64,000 nucleotides of DNA from the IMG/VR virus record IMGVR_UViG_2660238032_000003; one strand, written 5' to 3'. A model generated the notes under the pieces. That model was not told the DNA's origin and ran no database searches. It saw only the letters and a program-made list of their open reading frames with translations. The number at the start of each line of letters is the position of its first letter. Position 1 is the stretch's first letter. The stretch comes from an uncultured virus (IMG/VR IMGVR_UViG_2660238032_000003) (lineage: Duplodnaviria > Heunggongvirae > Uroviricota > Caudoviricetes). Below are positions 40,389-50,772 of the stretch, piece by piece. A program made the position numbers and the translations under genes.

Positions 40389-41444
40389 TTAACCTACTGT
40401 TGCGAAGAATACCTCATCTGCTCGATCAAAGCTTACTATAGGCATTACAGATACTTTTGTATCAACTGTAACTGGGTCTGCTTTTACCATAGTAGTAATA
40501 GCAGTTCCTGTACCTACCATAGTAGTATCAAGTTTTCCACTTCCATGAGTTTTGTCAAATTCTTCAGGTGTGACACCATAAACTGTATTTCCTAATGTAG
40601 TCCCACTCATAAGAGTTACTTTATTACTTTCATAATATTGAACTGGTGTAGCCTCTTCATATGGGTAATAAGTCGAATCATCTAAGAATACAATTGTTAA
40701 TCCCATAACTTCCTTAGCAAATTGTAAGTAATCTTTTTGAGATAATATTCTGTTTTGATTCATAACATTTCCATTTAAATGATTTTTTATCACTGTGTTT
40801 ATTAAGAAAGTATTATCAAATGTTGATTCTGTAAGCATTAATGTTGTTGGTTTTGGATAATTTTCATCAGTTAATACTTTTTGCCACTTCTTTACATCTC
40901 CAACAATATCAGCTGCAGGATTAGTCCATTTATCAGTTGATGTTAATACAACTTTATGATTTGAAGGCACTCCATAATCAACTACCACATCACCATCATT
41001 AGCATCTGATGAATAGTTAATTACACCATTCTGTAATACTTGTGCTGCCATAGCTTTTGGCATTATTTCAGAACCTTTTACAAGGTTAACTTGTCCATCA
41101 AAAATTTGATCTGAGATTGTTTTAACTAAATTTTCATTGTTACATCCTATAGCAGAAATTAGCTCTCTTCTTGTTGTTTCATCAATTCCAGTTGATTCCT
41201 TAAAAAATGGAATTTCTGTACTTTGTACTGTAATTTTTGCAGATAAGCTTCTCATTTTAGCAGCTACATCAAATGTACTTTGTCTTAATGCAATTGGTTT
41301 CTTTTTAGCACCTTTTGCATTTTCAAGTTTTGTTCCTAACACCTTTTTGGGTGGGAATAATGATTTTTCAAGTGTTGGTTCCATTGGTAATTCTTTCATA
41401 TAAAGTGCTATATTTTGTGAATTTATAAAATCTTTTAACTCCAT
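40389..41444 (-). CDS. Major capsid protein (Phage_cap_E-like)
   Basis: LFP, PFFKES, VDYGVP, G.T.YG.TPEE, DPV; GGAGG RBS before the ATG at 41444. Confidence 0.88.
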   Translation of the reverse strand: MELKDFINSQNIALYMKELPMEPTLEKSLFPPKKVLGTKLENAKGAKKKPIALRQSTFDVAAKMRSLSAKITVQSTEIPFFKESTGIDETTRRELISAIGCNNENLVKTISDQIFDGQVNLVKGSEIMPKAMAAQVLQNGVINYSSDANDGDVVVDYGVPSNHKVVLTSTDKWTNPAADIVGDVKKWQKVLTDENYPKPTTLMLTESTFDNTFLINTVIKNHLNGNVMNQNRILSQKDYLQFAKEVMGLTIVFLDDSTYYPYEEATPVQYYESNKVTLMSGTTLGNTVYGVTPEEFDKTHGSGKLDTTMVGTGTAITTMVKADPVTVDTKVSVMPIVSFDRADEVFFATVG

Positions 41445-41460
41445 ATTATTTATCCTCCTT

Positions 41461-41871
41461 CTATCTACCAAATATAATCATTGGCATTGCTGCTTTTTCT
41501 ATTGCCCCATTAGTCTTATCTAATTTAACAGCACTCTCATAAACTGCACCATGAACCATTACTGATGCAATTTCAGTAGCATTATCTGCTACTCCATCTG
41601 ATGATACGGAGTTTTTGAAATTTATATCTTTATATAATATTCCATGTGCTGTTGTTGAAGCTGGTGTTTCTCCACTAGCTGATGTTGTTACAGCAACTTT
41701 CCCATCAACTGATATTAATATTCCAGCTTCTAATACTTCATCTGAATTTAGGTATGCTTTTACATCTGCCTTTTTAATTTTTATAGGCAATGTAATAAAG
41801 TGATCTCCTGCAATTAATCTAAGCTTTTTATGTGATGCTCCGATTGTATATGAACTTTGATGCATATACAC
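41461..41871 (-). CDS. Putative head decoration protein
   Basis: AG.L, GILY.D, VMVHGAV; between the scaffold and capsid genes. Confidence 0.65.
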   Translation of the reverse strand: MYMHQSSYTIGASHKKLRLIAGDHFITLPIKIKKADVKAYLNSDEVLEAGILISVDGKVAVTTSASGETPASTTAHGILYKDINFKNSVSSDGVADNATEIASVMVHGAVYESAVKLDKTNGAIEKAAMPMIIFGR

Positions 41872-41893
41872 ATTCCTCCTTTAAATTTAATAA

Positions 41894-42520
41894 TTAATTA
41901 GCTGCAAATGAACTAATATCTTTTACTTGTTTCAATGACTCTGCTTTTTCTTTTCCTAGCTGTTGTGCAAAGTTAGTTGGATGAGTAGGTTCTTGTCCGC
42001 CTGCACTTCCACCAGTACCGAATGAACTTGTACCTTTTATTTCTTTTTCAAATAAAAAATCGTGACTTGTTTTAAGTGGTTCAATTTGTTCTTTAAGACC
42101 TATAACCGAATCACCATCTACTTTCAATTTATCTTTGTCTATTAGAGCCATGATTAACTTTTTGTCCTTAACATTGAATGAACCTAAAGACTTTTCTAAA
42201 GCATTGCTAAAATTAATATCAGATAACTGTTTATCATAAGTTTCTTTTTGAATTTTATTATCTAACTCTAACTTTTCAACCTTTTCCTTAAGCCCATCAA
42301 CATCCTTGTATTCTTCTTTGAGTTTAGATATTTGAGTATCTCTTTCTCCTACTTGCTTTTTATATTCCTTAGCTTCGCCATTTACTTGGTCAAATCTAAT
42401 CTTTGGGATGAAGTTACCTGAACCTATATCTTCAAAATCTTTTTTCCCTAATTCTTTTCTTTTATCTTCTGAAAGAGCATTAAATGCTTCTTCTCCGATA
42501 ATGTCTTTAATATGTGCCAT
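41894..42520 (-). CDS. Capsid scaffolding protein (Phage_GP20-like)
   Basis: FIPKIRFDQVN, coiled coil, GL.EQI..LK...FLF. Confidence 0.85.
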   Translation of the reverse strand: MAHIKDIIGEEAFNALSEDKRKELGKKDFEDIGSGNFIPKIRFDQVNGEAKEYKKQVGERDTQISKLKEEYKDVDGLKEKVEKLELDNKIQKETYDKQLSDINFSNALEKSLGSFNVKDKKLIMALIDKDKLKVDGDSVIGLKEQIEPLKTSHDFLFEKEIKGTSSFGTGGSAGGQEPTHPTNFAQQLGKEKAESLKQVKDISSFAAN

Positions 42521-42537
42521 GTTTTAAGTCCTCCTTA

Positions 42538-42630
42538 GTCTCTAATTACAGTTTTTAACGTGCTACTGAACCACGTTAGAGTATTATGCTTAATTATTCT
42601 TTAGTGCCTGCAATTAAGCTAAAAAGGCGA
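42538..42630 (-). ncRNA. Tandem-pseudoknot leader upstream of the scaffold gene (GP20-type cis-regulatory RNA candidate)
   Basis: GCCU/AGGC crossed by GCUUAAUU/AAUUAAGC, then AACGUG/CACGUU crossed by CAGU/ACUG, ending at the RBS. Confidence 0.55.
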
Positions 42631-42659
42631 AAAAATAAAGCCTTATTTTTAAGACTTAA

Positions 42660-43034
42660 CTACTTAGTATTTGTACCTAATACATTTCTTTCAATTCTGT
42701 CCTCTACCCTTCTATTCATCCACATTAAAGCTTCTTCAACATGTGTTAAAGCACAAGCATTTTCTCTACTTGAGAATGGTCCAGCTTGAAAACTCTTTAA
42801 TCTATCTCTTACTATTTCTAATAAGTCAGAATCTATTACACCGTGTTGTGATTTCTCTTCTTTTCTAGCACCTTTTTGGAACTTGATAGTTTCATAAACA
42901 TCATAATTCCCTTGACTATCCATAGAATTACTTTTAATTACATATTCATGATATGCACCTCCTGGACCTTCGCTTCCTATTCTTTCAACAGTGTTTAATT
43001 TCTCTCTTTTTTGAATTGTACTTAATTCTTTCAT
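42660..43034 (-). CDS. tad1: Tad1 (Thoeris anti-defence 1) signal-sponge protein
   Basis: 124 aa; [60 protein letters not shown]. Matches my recollection of C. botulinum prophage Tad1. Confidence 0.92.
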
Positions 43035-43095
43035 CTTTCAATTCCTCCTAAAATAAAAATAAGCCTATAACGTTAGACTTAAACGAGATATTAGA

Positions 43096-43497
43096 TCACC
43101 TCTTTAAACTTTCTATGCTTGATTTTATTTTTTCGGCAACTTTTTCTCCTAATTCATCAATATTAACACCATCAGTTATTGAAATATCTCCTATTTTAAT
43201 TGTACTAGGTAGATTATCTCTAATTACTTGGTGTAAGCCATATGATACCTTATCAACTATCGTTTCTTCATCTTCTGTAAAATCAACTTTATATTCTTTT
43301 ACTATTGCATGTACTACTTCATGAAGAAATGTTTGTTCTTGTTTTTGCTTGCTTTGAATGTTTTTTGCTACTTTTATTTTTAATTTATCGCAATCTATTA
43401 TTCCTAAGCACTGTGATGCATTTAAAACTAATGTTTCATCTGTAAGTTCAACATCATAATCAAAGCTTCCTACTCTTATTTTGTTTGGTATCTCCAT
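43096..43497 (-). CDS. Small HExxH zinc-metallopeptidase-like protein
   Basis: QTFLHEVVHAI...EETIVD zincin-type motif. Confidence 0.7.
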   Translation of the reverse strand: MEIPNKIRVGSFDYDVELTDETLVLNASQCLGIIDCDKLKIKVAKNIQSKQKQEQTFLHEVVHAIVKEYKVDFTEDEETIVDKVSYGLHQVIRDNLPSTIKIGDISITDGVNIDELGEKVAEKIKSSIESLKR

Positions 43498-43799
43498 TCA
43501 TATTCTCCTTTCATTAATTTACTCATAGCCTGTTTATGTTCATTAATTATCATTTCAAGTTCTATTGCAACTCTAGGCCTTCTAGTAATTACAACTTTCC
43601 CACTTGATAGCCATGCTTTTAAATTATTAATTTTAATCTTAAGCTTTCTAGTCTTACAATTATCCAAGCAAATAATATACTTAGCGCCACACTTAGGACA
43701 CTCAAAGTAAGTTTCACCTATCATAGCACCTAAATATTGTTCTTTCACTTGTGGTTCAAATTCATATTTACAATTTGCATTCTCACATTTAACATTCAT
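43476..43799 (-). CDS. Zinc-ribbon hypothetical protein
   Basis: CENANC and CPKC pairs; GGAGGG RBS before MNVKC. Confidence 0.65.
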   Translation of the reverse strand: MNVKCENANCKYEFEPQVKEQYLGAMIGETYFECPKCGAKYIICLDNCKTRKLKIKINNLKAWLSSGKVVITRRPRVAIELEMIINEHKQAMSKLMKGEYEWRYQTK

Positions 43800-43824
43800 C
43801 AATAACCCTCCAATTTTAAGCATG

Positions 43825-43930
43825 AAAAAAGCACCTGAATTACTTCAAGCGCTTAATCATATTTCTTACTATATTTAGTTTATCATATATTTTAAGTAAA
43901 AATTCTCAAGTTTTTCTCATTTTCTTATCA
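43825..43930 (-). promoter_or_regulatory. Late-promoter motif copy 2 followed by a terminator-like hairpin
   Basis: TGATAAGAAAATGAGAAAAA (43911-43930), TTGAGA, TATGAT at 43882-43887, hairpin AAGCGCTTGAA..TTCAGGTGCTTTTTT. Confidence 0.6.
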
Positions 43931-43935
43931 CAATT

Positions 43936-44880
43936 TCACTTATTTTTTTCATACCATTTGTCTAATTTAGAATTACTTTCACCATTGCTCCATGCCTTTA
44001 TTTCTTGCATAGCTGACTTAATGTCAGTATTGACTTCATATGTTATGCATAAGCACTGTGGGTGTCCCACAGGCATTTTATTAGCAGGAAATACACCAGT
44101 TCCTAATCCATAGTTGTCTTGTCCAGCATAATCATCACATACATCTGTTTTTCCATGCATTCTTATTCCATGACTAGGTGATAACTCCCACTTCATGCCT
44201 ATATTAAAAGGATTATTCATAGCTTGTTGAATTTGAGTTTCTCTAAAACTATGAGTAATACTTGTCCTAGCTAATCTTGAAGCTTGATACGATACATTTT
44301 TGCTAAATCCTACTTCATCATTTTTCAATTCTAGTTTTTTTAATGGATTAACATACTTATTTACTTGCTGAGCTAGTTCTTTAGCATTAGCACCTTTTAA
44401 TACATTGACTTTAATTAAAGTATCAATATCCTTTGAACTTTTTCTTGTTATATTCCATAATCTTTTGTCTAAGGTTTTTCCATCTTTATAATAAGCACCT
44501 TGAATAAGCTTACTTACAGTTTTTCTTGATGTATTTAAAACCGAATTATTAAACATAGTTGATAATACTGAATCATCTGTAATTTGATGATAATAAAAAC
44601 TCTCAACTGCACTTGCAATTTGAGAGCTAGTTTCTATATTATCCTTTACCATTGCACTTAATTGAGAGTTTAACTGATTAATATTAACTTGTACTATTTC
44701 ATTTAACTTTCTTAAATAAACATCTTGAGAAGAGGTTCTGCAAGTAGCTATATCATAGCTTAATTGATTTGCTAATTGTTTGTATAAATTTAATAATTCT
44801 TTTTCTTGAGTTTTATTTAACTTTAAAAACTTCTTTCTAGCTTTTAAAACAGCTTCTTGGTAACTAGTCATATTAAACAC
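43936..44880 (-). CDS. Head morphogenesis / minor capsid protein (SPP1 gp7/MuF-like)
   Basis: RLARTS, W.LS.SH, D.CD, HPQCLC. Confidence 0.8.
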   Translation of the reverse strand: MFNMTSYQEAVLKARKKFLKLNKTQEKELLNLYKQLANQLSYDIATCRTSSQDVYLRKLNEIVQVNINQLNSQLSAMVKDNIETSSQIASAVESFYYHQITDDSVLSTMFNNSVLNTSRKTVSKLIQGAYYKDGKTLDKRLWNITRKSSKDIDTLIKVNVLKGANAKELAQQVNKYVNPLKKLELKNDEVGFSKNVSYQASRLARTSITHSFRETQIQQAMNNPFNIGMKWELSPSHGIRMHGKTDVCDDYAGQDNYGLGTGVFPANKMPVGHPQCLCITYEVNTDIKSAMQEIKAWSNGESNSKLDKWYEKNK

Positions 44881-46378
44881 CAGTACTACTATTATTGTTT
44901 ATATCATCTAAATTTTCGTCTAACCCTTTATTAAATTGGTCTGTTTCAGTATTAGTTATTTGAACTTTTTCATCTAATATTTCATCAAAAGCTTTTTCAG
45001 CATCCTCTTCATCCGAAAATTCTTTAAGATATGACTTTCTACTTCTAACATCAGCTTGTACTTCTGACATAGCTAAATTTTTCTTTTCATCAATATCGTT
45101 AGGAATAGGATAATTTTGTTTAATAATCTTAGTATATTTAATTTGTAACCAAGCTTTATTGAATAATCCTGGATAACATACTGAACCTACTTCTATAATA
45201 AAATTAATTAAAGACAACAAAGGTTTTTCCCAATCATTGAATTTTTCTTCCATTCGAGCAATTAAGTCATTATATAAATAAATCATAGCCTTTGCTGATG
45301 GTATATTATTTAAATCACTTATCTTAGGCATGTCTAGTGTTTCTTTCATATCGCTATCTGCTCTATCTAGATAAGAATTCATAGCTTCACTATTTCCTAT
45401 ATTATATTCTTGCTTTTGAATAGTTGCTTGTTTTCCTTGTGCTAATGCTTCATCTGATGTTCTTATAGCATGTAACGCTCCTGGTGCAACATTCAATTTA
45501 TTTACATCCTCTTCTTTTCCATCAATAACGCTTTCAGATCCAAACATTTGAAATCTCAATGCATCTGCAAAATCTGAATTTCTCCTGTTATACTGATTTT
45601 GAGCATCTCTTAAGTCAGTAACATCACTTTCACCAAAAGTATTATTAAGCTCTCCACCATTACGTATTAGCCAACATGGGATAGTAGAAAATCCTGTGTC
45701 ATACTCATTTTTTTCTACTAAATCTGTATTCTTATAAGTTTCTTTTCTATACCAAGCTTGAAGTGCTTTAGTATTTTCATCAACTTTATAGTAATAAGTA
45801 TGAAGATAGTATATTTTATCTTTATCGTCTTCTCTATACACATTCATTTCATCTTCTTCAAAGAAGATAGCTTTTAATAATTTCCCATTCTTCTCTTTAT
45901 AAAAGAAGTTCTCTATGCTTTCATATTTAATTACTACTGGTTGTCCTGGATTAGCTTCTACTCTAAGCAATGCTCTTTTCTTTATAGTAGTTTCTAAAAA
46001 GGCTTTTCTAGTATTATTCCAGAAGCTATTATTTTCAAATACATCTTCTATAAACTTTCTTAAATCTTCACATTTTTCTTTATCTTTTAAATCATCAGCT
46101 TTAAATATCATTGTTGGTTTCTTACCAAACATCCATCTAGCTTGTTTCTTAAGAAGAGGTTTAACCTTATTTCTTATATCTTGTGTAGGCTTATAATCAA
46201 CCTTATCATCTATTGGCCAGTTTTGACCATATAATGCTGGATTTTGTTTTGCTTTATCTAAATCTATTGATTTACCTTTGTAATAATAATAGTCAGTAAA
46301 GACACGTTTTCTTTCTGCTATTTCATTATCAGGTAGCTTAAGTAATGTATCTCTTATACTTTTTGCCTGTTGTTTCAT
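44873..46378 (-). CDS. Portal protein (SPP1 gp6-like)
   Basis: 501 aa directly after the terminase; YYKG, GESD, SAKAM. Confidence 0.85.
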   Translation of the reverse strand: MKQQAKSIRDTLLKLPDNEIAERKRVFTDYYYYKGKSIDLDKAKQNPALYGQNWPIDDKVDYKPTQDIRNKVKPLLKKQARWMFGKKPTMIFKADDLKDKEKCEDLRKFIEDVFENNSFWNNTRKAFLETTIKKRALLRVEANPGQPVVIKYESIENFFYKEKNGKLLKAIFFEEDEMNVYREDDKDKIYYLHTYYYKVDENTKALQAWYRKETYKNTDLVEKNEYDTGFSTIPCWLIRNGGELNNTFGESDVTDLRDAQNQYNRRNSDFADALRFQMFGSESVIDGKEEDVNKLNVAPGALHAIRTSDEALAQGKQATIQKQEYNIGNSEAMNSYLDRADSDMKETLDMPKISDLNNIPSAKAMIYLYNDLIARMEEKFNDWEKPLLSLINFIIEVGSVCYPGLFNKAWLQIKYTKIIKQNYPIPNDIDEKKNLAMSEVQADVRSRKSYLKEFSDEEDAEKAFDEILDEKVQITNTETDQFNKGLDENLDDINNNSSTGV

Positions 46379-47730
46379 TAAAATATTGTTCCTCCTTTTC
46401 TTCCATATGGATCACTAGCATTGTTTTTAACAACACCTTTTCCTTTTTTGTATACTTCATTGTCATAATTATGTTCTTTAAGATTAGATACTTCATATCC
46501 ATCTAATGCATACCAGATTGCACTAAATGTATGAGGATCTATATTGAATTCATCCTTAATAATTTCTCCATCTTTATCAACTGCATATGTTAAATCCTCT
46601 AATTCATCAATTACATCTGTGCATTCTTCAGAACATATAATTTTTTTAAATCTTTTTACTTTCTTTGTATTTTGTAATCTACTTCCTTTAAACTTCTTAG
46701 CACCTAACATATTAAATCCTTCTTGCCTATAGAAAGTAATAGTTTTAGGTTCTGCTGAATCAGCTTTAATTCTTTCCTGAGTTTTTTTAAATTCTTCAAG
46801 TTCTATAGCGGTTTTATCATCTGTCATTTGATTTTTATAATACTGCCAATATATATATAGAATTTTACTATCATCATCTATTGCTAATCTAACTACAGCA
46901 TTGTATGAAGTTTCAAATCCAAAGTCCATTCCAACCCTATACAAAAGCTTTTTAGTATTATGCATCATTTCCAATACTTTATAATGTGGTTTCTTTTCAA
47001 ATTGAGGTAATACCTTTTTACCATTAGTTCCAAATTGCCCTTTTCTTGCAACTCTCCATAGATCTTTATCATGTGTTTTTAAATCATCAAGCTGCAGTAT
47101 ATAAGATTTAGGCAAAAAATAATTATCATCTGCTAATGAATGATGATAATATGTGTTATTTTTAATTACTATTCTCTTTTTATATAAATCTTTATCATCC
47201 AATACAAACAATTTCTTTTTTTTATCTATAAAGAAATACTTATAGCACCAATTACTTTTGGATACTGGATTAGTAGTTAATATCATGTGTAACTTTAAAG
47301 TTGGGTGTCTTAATCTACCTAATAGCTCCTTAAATCCTTCATATTTAACCTCGGAACATTCCTCAATCCATACAATAGAAACATTATTAATAGACTTTAA
47401 TTTTGCTGGTTTATCCATACCTTTAAATATAATCTTACTTCCATTAGGAAATCTTATTTGCATAGGAGATGTTTTACATTGTATAGTATCATCAAGTTCC
47501 ATTTCAGTTATTATTTCTTCAAGTAATGAATAGCATGAATCCCTCATAGTGTCATAAACTTCTCTAACTACTAATGCTGTTCTTTTCTCTTCTAATAACT
47601 TAAGTATTAATTTAAAGGCTGTATTATATGATTTACTTGAACCATAACCACCAACTAAAAAGTAAAACTTATAATCCCAATTAAATATATAATCTTCAAA
47701 GTGTGGATTAATTTCTCTTTCAATGTCCAT
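46378..47730 (-). CDS. PBSX-family terminase large subunit
   Basis: [29 protein letters not shown]. Confidence 0.95.
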   Translation of the reverse strand: MDIEREINPHFEDYIFNWDYKFYFLVGGYGSSKSYNTAFKLILKLLEEKRTALVVREVYDTMRDSCYSLLEEIITEMELDDTIQCKTSPMQIRFPNGSKIIFKGMDKPAKLKSINNVSIVWIEECSEVKYEGFKELLGRLRHPTLKLHMILTTNPVSKSNWCYKYFFIDKKKKLFVLDDKDLYKKRIVIKNNTYYHHSLADDNYFLPKSYILQLDDLKTHDKDLWRVARKGQFGTNGKKVLPQFEKKPHYKVLEMMHNTKKLLYRVGMDFGFETSYNAVVRLAIDDDSKILYIYWQYYKNQMTDDKTAIELEEFKKTQERIKADSAEPKTITFYRQEGFNMLGAKKFKGSRLQNTKKVKRFKKIICSEECTDVIDELEDLTYAVDKDGEIIKDEFNIDPHTFSAIWYALDGYEVSNLKEHNYDNEVYKKGKGVVKNNASDPYGRKGGTIF

Positions 47731-47732
47731 GA

Positions 47733-48665
47733 TTAATCACGCTCTTTCCTTTTGATTACTATATTTATTTGTTCATCTTTATCTTTTCCTTTTATCTTTT
47801 CAGTTTCAGCTTGTAACTTAGTATTTTGGTATCTCATGTTTTCAATTTGTAACTTAGTCTTTTCTTCATCACTTAATAGATTGCAATGCTTAGTTAAAAA
47901 ATCTAAAGCCTTCATCTTATCTGCTAATTTAAACTTAATACCATCTTTTCCCTCTGCAACTTCATTAATTAATGTTGTATCTACTAAAGAGCTCTCTTTT
48001 AAATCTAAATAATTGTATTCTTTAATTTTTTGTTCTCCTGTATTAGGATCTATAACTGGTACATCTCTTCCTTCTTTATCTTTGGTCCATACTGCTCTGT
48101 ATTTCTTACCAAATTTAACATAGTCACCTATATCTGCAAAGGCTATATCTATATACTTTTGTATTACACTTCTTTTAAGTGCTTCTTTATTAAACTGTAT
48201 TGCTGTTAATGAATCTATCTGTTCTTTTATCTTAGTGTTTCTTAGCAGATTACTTCCATTAGCCATTGCAGTCTCATAAGTACACTTATATACCTTTTGA
48301 TATGCCTTAGTAGCATTAAAGCACTTAGCATATATAACACAAAAGAGCCTTTGCTTATCATTAAGTTCAGTATTTTCTAATACTTCTTTAATTTCATCTG
48401 CAATAGGCTCTTTTATAATTTTTTTATTTTGTTTTATAGTTACTTTTTTATTAGTAACGTTACTTTTACTTTGTACCTTTTTATTTGGTAACGCTCCTTT
48501 TGACGTTCCTAATTCATTATCCCATTTATCTTGTGATTTCCACTTTCTCACCTGCGAGTCTTTAATATCTAATTGTGCTGCTATATCAACTAATTTCATA
48601 GTACCTTTTGAGTTAATATATAATTCCTTTGCCTTATTTCTTAATGGACTTCTTTCTCTAGCCAT
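47733..48665 (-). CDS. Terminase small subunit
   Basis: N-terminal HTH (RKWKSQDKW), [22 protein letters not shown]. Confidence 0.9.
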   Translation of the reverse strand: MARERSPLRNKAKELYINSKGTMKLVDIAAQLDIKDSQVRKWKSQDKWDNELGTSKGALPNKKVQSKSNVTNKKVTIKQNKKIIKEPIADEIKEVLENTELNDKQRLFCVIYAKCFNATKAYQKVYKCTYETAMANGSNLLRNTKIKEQIDSLTAIQFNKEALKRSVIQKYIDIAFADIGDYVKFGKKYRAVWTKDKEGRDVPVIDPNTGEQKIKEYNYLDLKESSLVDTTLINEVAEGKDGIKFKLADKMKALDFLTKHCNLLSDEEKTKLQIENMRYQNTKLQAETEKIKGKDKDEQINIVIKRKERD

Positions 48666-48706
48666 ATCTCACTATCACCACCTCACTCTGTTCAAATTAT
48701 CATCTT

Positions 48707-49594
48707 TCATATGCTGTAAACTGTTACTAAATAAAAATAAGCTAAACATTCAACTACTATACTTAAAATAGCTGATGCAAAGCTTATTAATTTATCGTTA
48801 TTATTTTTTATTTTCTTGGCACATTCAATTATATTTAATATATGTGTTATTGCTACTCCTATAACAAGTAGTGTCATTATATACAAGCTATGACCTTTTT
48901 TCTTTTTTAGATTTATATAATTCTCTTTTAATAATTCTATTACGTTCTTTATACGTTTCACACTTACTTTTCATTTCTTTTACTGTTTTATATTTCTTAC
49001 AGCCAAAACAGCATTTCATACATGGATTTTCTAATGGAGCTATCATTCTATCTTCTCCTTTCACTATTCTTAAAACATTCTTTCCACCCTTTGTATTGAT
49101 CCAATGTTACTTCTACTTTATTACAATTCTTATATCTATCACATGCTTCATTTCCAACTTTGCATAAGCATCTTAATTCTTTCCCTTTCCATCTTGTATA
49201 GCATTTTACTTTCATTGTTCTCACCTCTTTCTGTTTCGTTGAATAATAAAAAGCGCCTAAATTCATAGGTGCTTCAATAAATAATTCTATATACTTTTTA
49301 TTACAATAATACTACATCTATTTTATTTCCTTTTTTATCTGTAATGCCATTACTGCTAACCTTTACTTTTAATAGTCTTTCAATTGCAGGTATTTCCATG
49401 TCCAATAACTTGTAAAACAATCCTAACAGCTTACTTGATACTTCATAATCACTTAACTCTTTAGTATCTACATATCTAATATACACACCGCCATGATAAC
49501 TAATATAAAAATCAATACCATCCAATCCATATTCAATATGGTATTGTATCTTTTCTCCTGCTTTAAATTTAGTTCTACTTCTTTTAACACTCAT
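48707..49594 (-). CDS. Cluster of four small hypothetical genes (about 48707-48877, 48888-49046, 49048-49215, 49301-49594)
   Basis: Short ORFs, two Cys-rich and one hydrophobic; starts chosen by RBS and spacing. Confidence 0.5.
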
Positions 49595-49669
49595 AATATG
49601 CTCCCCTTTGTATAACTAATTGTACAAAAAGAACTCTATTTCTAGAATTACTTTCCATTATAATATATT

Positions 49670-49906
49670 CTATTTTTTTAGATATTCTATAAACTTTTCA
49701 TTATCTAATTCTATATCTTCTAGTTGATTTATTATATTTTTATCTATTATTTCTAAATTTCCTTCTATTTCTTTTATTTTCTCTATATCCTTTATATTAT
49801 CTATACAAAATTTTAATACTTTTTTATATTCGTTTTTTTGTACTGTAATTAATTCTTTATATTGTTTATTAGTTAAATCAATTATTTCTATCTCCTTATT
49901 ATTCAT
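49670..49906 (-). CDS. Hypothetical protein
   Basis: AAGGAG RBS; 78 aa. Confidence 0.55.
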   Translation of the reverse strand: MNNKEIEIIDLTNKQYKELITVQKNEYKKVLKFCIDNIKDIEKIKEIEGNLEIIDKNIINQLEDIELDNEKFIEYLKK

Positions 49907-49944
49907 AATACTTCTCCTTTTTCTATAATATTTGCTATTATAAA

Positions 49945-50439
49945 CTAAATATCTATGTGACCATCATCAATAAGTGCAATATCAATATATTTTATTTTCC
50001 GCAACTCATCATTTTTATCTGATTTTATTTTTATACATTCTTCATTATTATCAATTAATCTTCCAATAATATGTTCATGATCTTCTGGCGAACAACCCCC
50101 ATTTGTAGGTTTCAGAAACATTTCTATTTTATCACCTTTTTTATGTTTATTAATCATTTCTTTATATTCAAGAACATCATGTATTTCCCAAAATCTACTA
50201 CAATTCTTACGTTCTTTATAATGTAATGCACTTAAATTAGTTCTTAACGAACCATCAATATCATAAGTATCATCTAATATATAAAGATTATCATCACCAG
50301 TTTCCTTTTTATAAATTTCCAGTGCTTTATTATAACTTTCTCTTTCTGTTTTTTCAAAAGTGGTTAAAATTTTATTTTCCCAGCAGAATATCATGTGCTT
50401 CTCTACTTCCGGATTTTCATGGAATGGGAGAAATGCCAT
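49945..50439 (-). CDS. Hypothetical protein (moron-like)
   Basis: 164 aa with its own AT-rich upstream region. Confidence 0.65.
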   Translation of the reverse strand: MAFLPFHENPEVEKHMIFCWENKILTTFEKTERESYNKALEIYKKETGDDNLYILDDTYDIDGSLRTNLSALHYKERKNCSRFWEIHDVLEYKEMINKHKKGDKIEMFLKPTNGGCSPEDHEHIIGRLIDNNEECIKIKSDKNDELRKIKYIDIALIDDGHIDI

Positions 50440-50714
50440 ATCTTATCATTCCTTTCAACTTTATATAATTACATTACTTATATTCATAAATTCAATTATT
50501 TAATTCATAATAATATAATTATATAAAATAATGTAAATTCCTCCTAAATATTAAAAATACTCCATACAACCTACAAGACATCCAAGTATAAACTTAGATA
50601 TTCGGTTAATACAGAGTATTTTAACTATTGTATAAAAGGGTAATGAGAATTTATGAGAAAATAACCAAGGTATCTTATAAAACAAGGGGGGAGTTTTACT
50701 GGATACCTCTTACT

Positions 50715-50772
50715 TATTATTATAAAGGTTATTTTTAATTATTTTTCTCAAATTTTTCTCATTTTCTTATCA
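50715..50772 (-). promoter_or_regulatory. Late-promoter motif copy 3
   Basis: TGATAAGAAAATGAGAAAAA (50753-50772), TTGAGA, TATAAT at 50719-50724; upstream of the terminase region. Confidence 0.6.
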
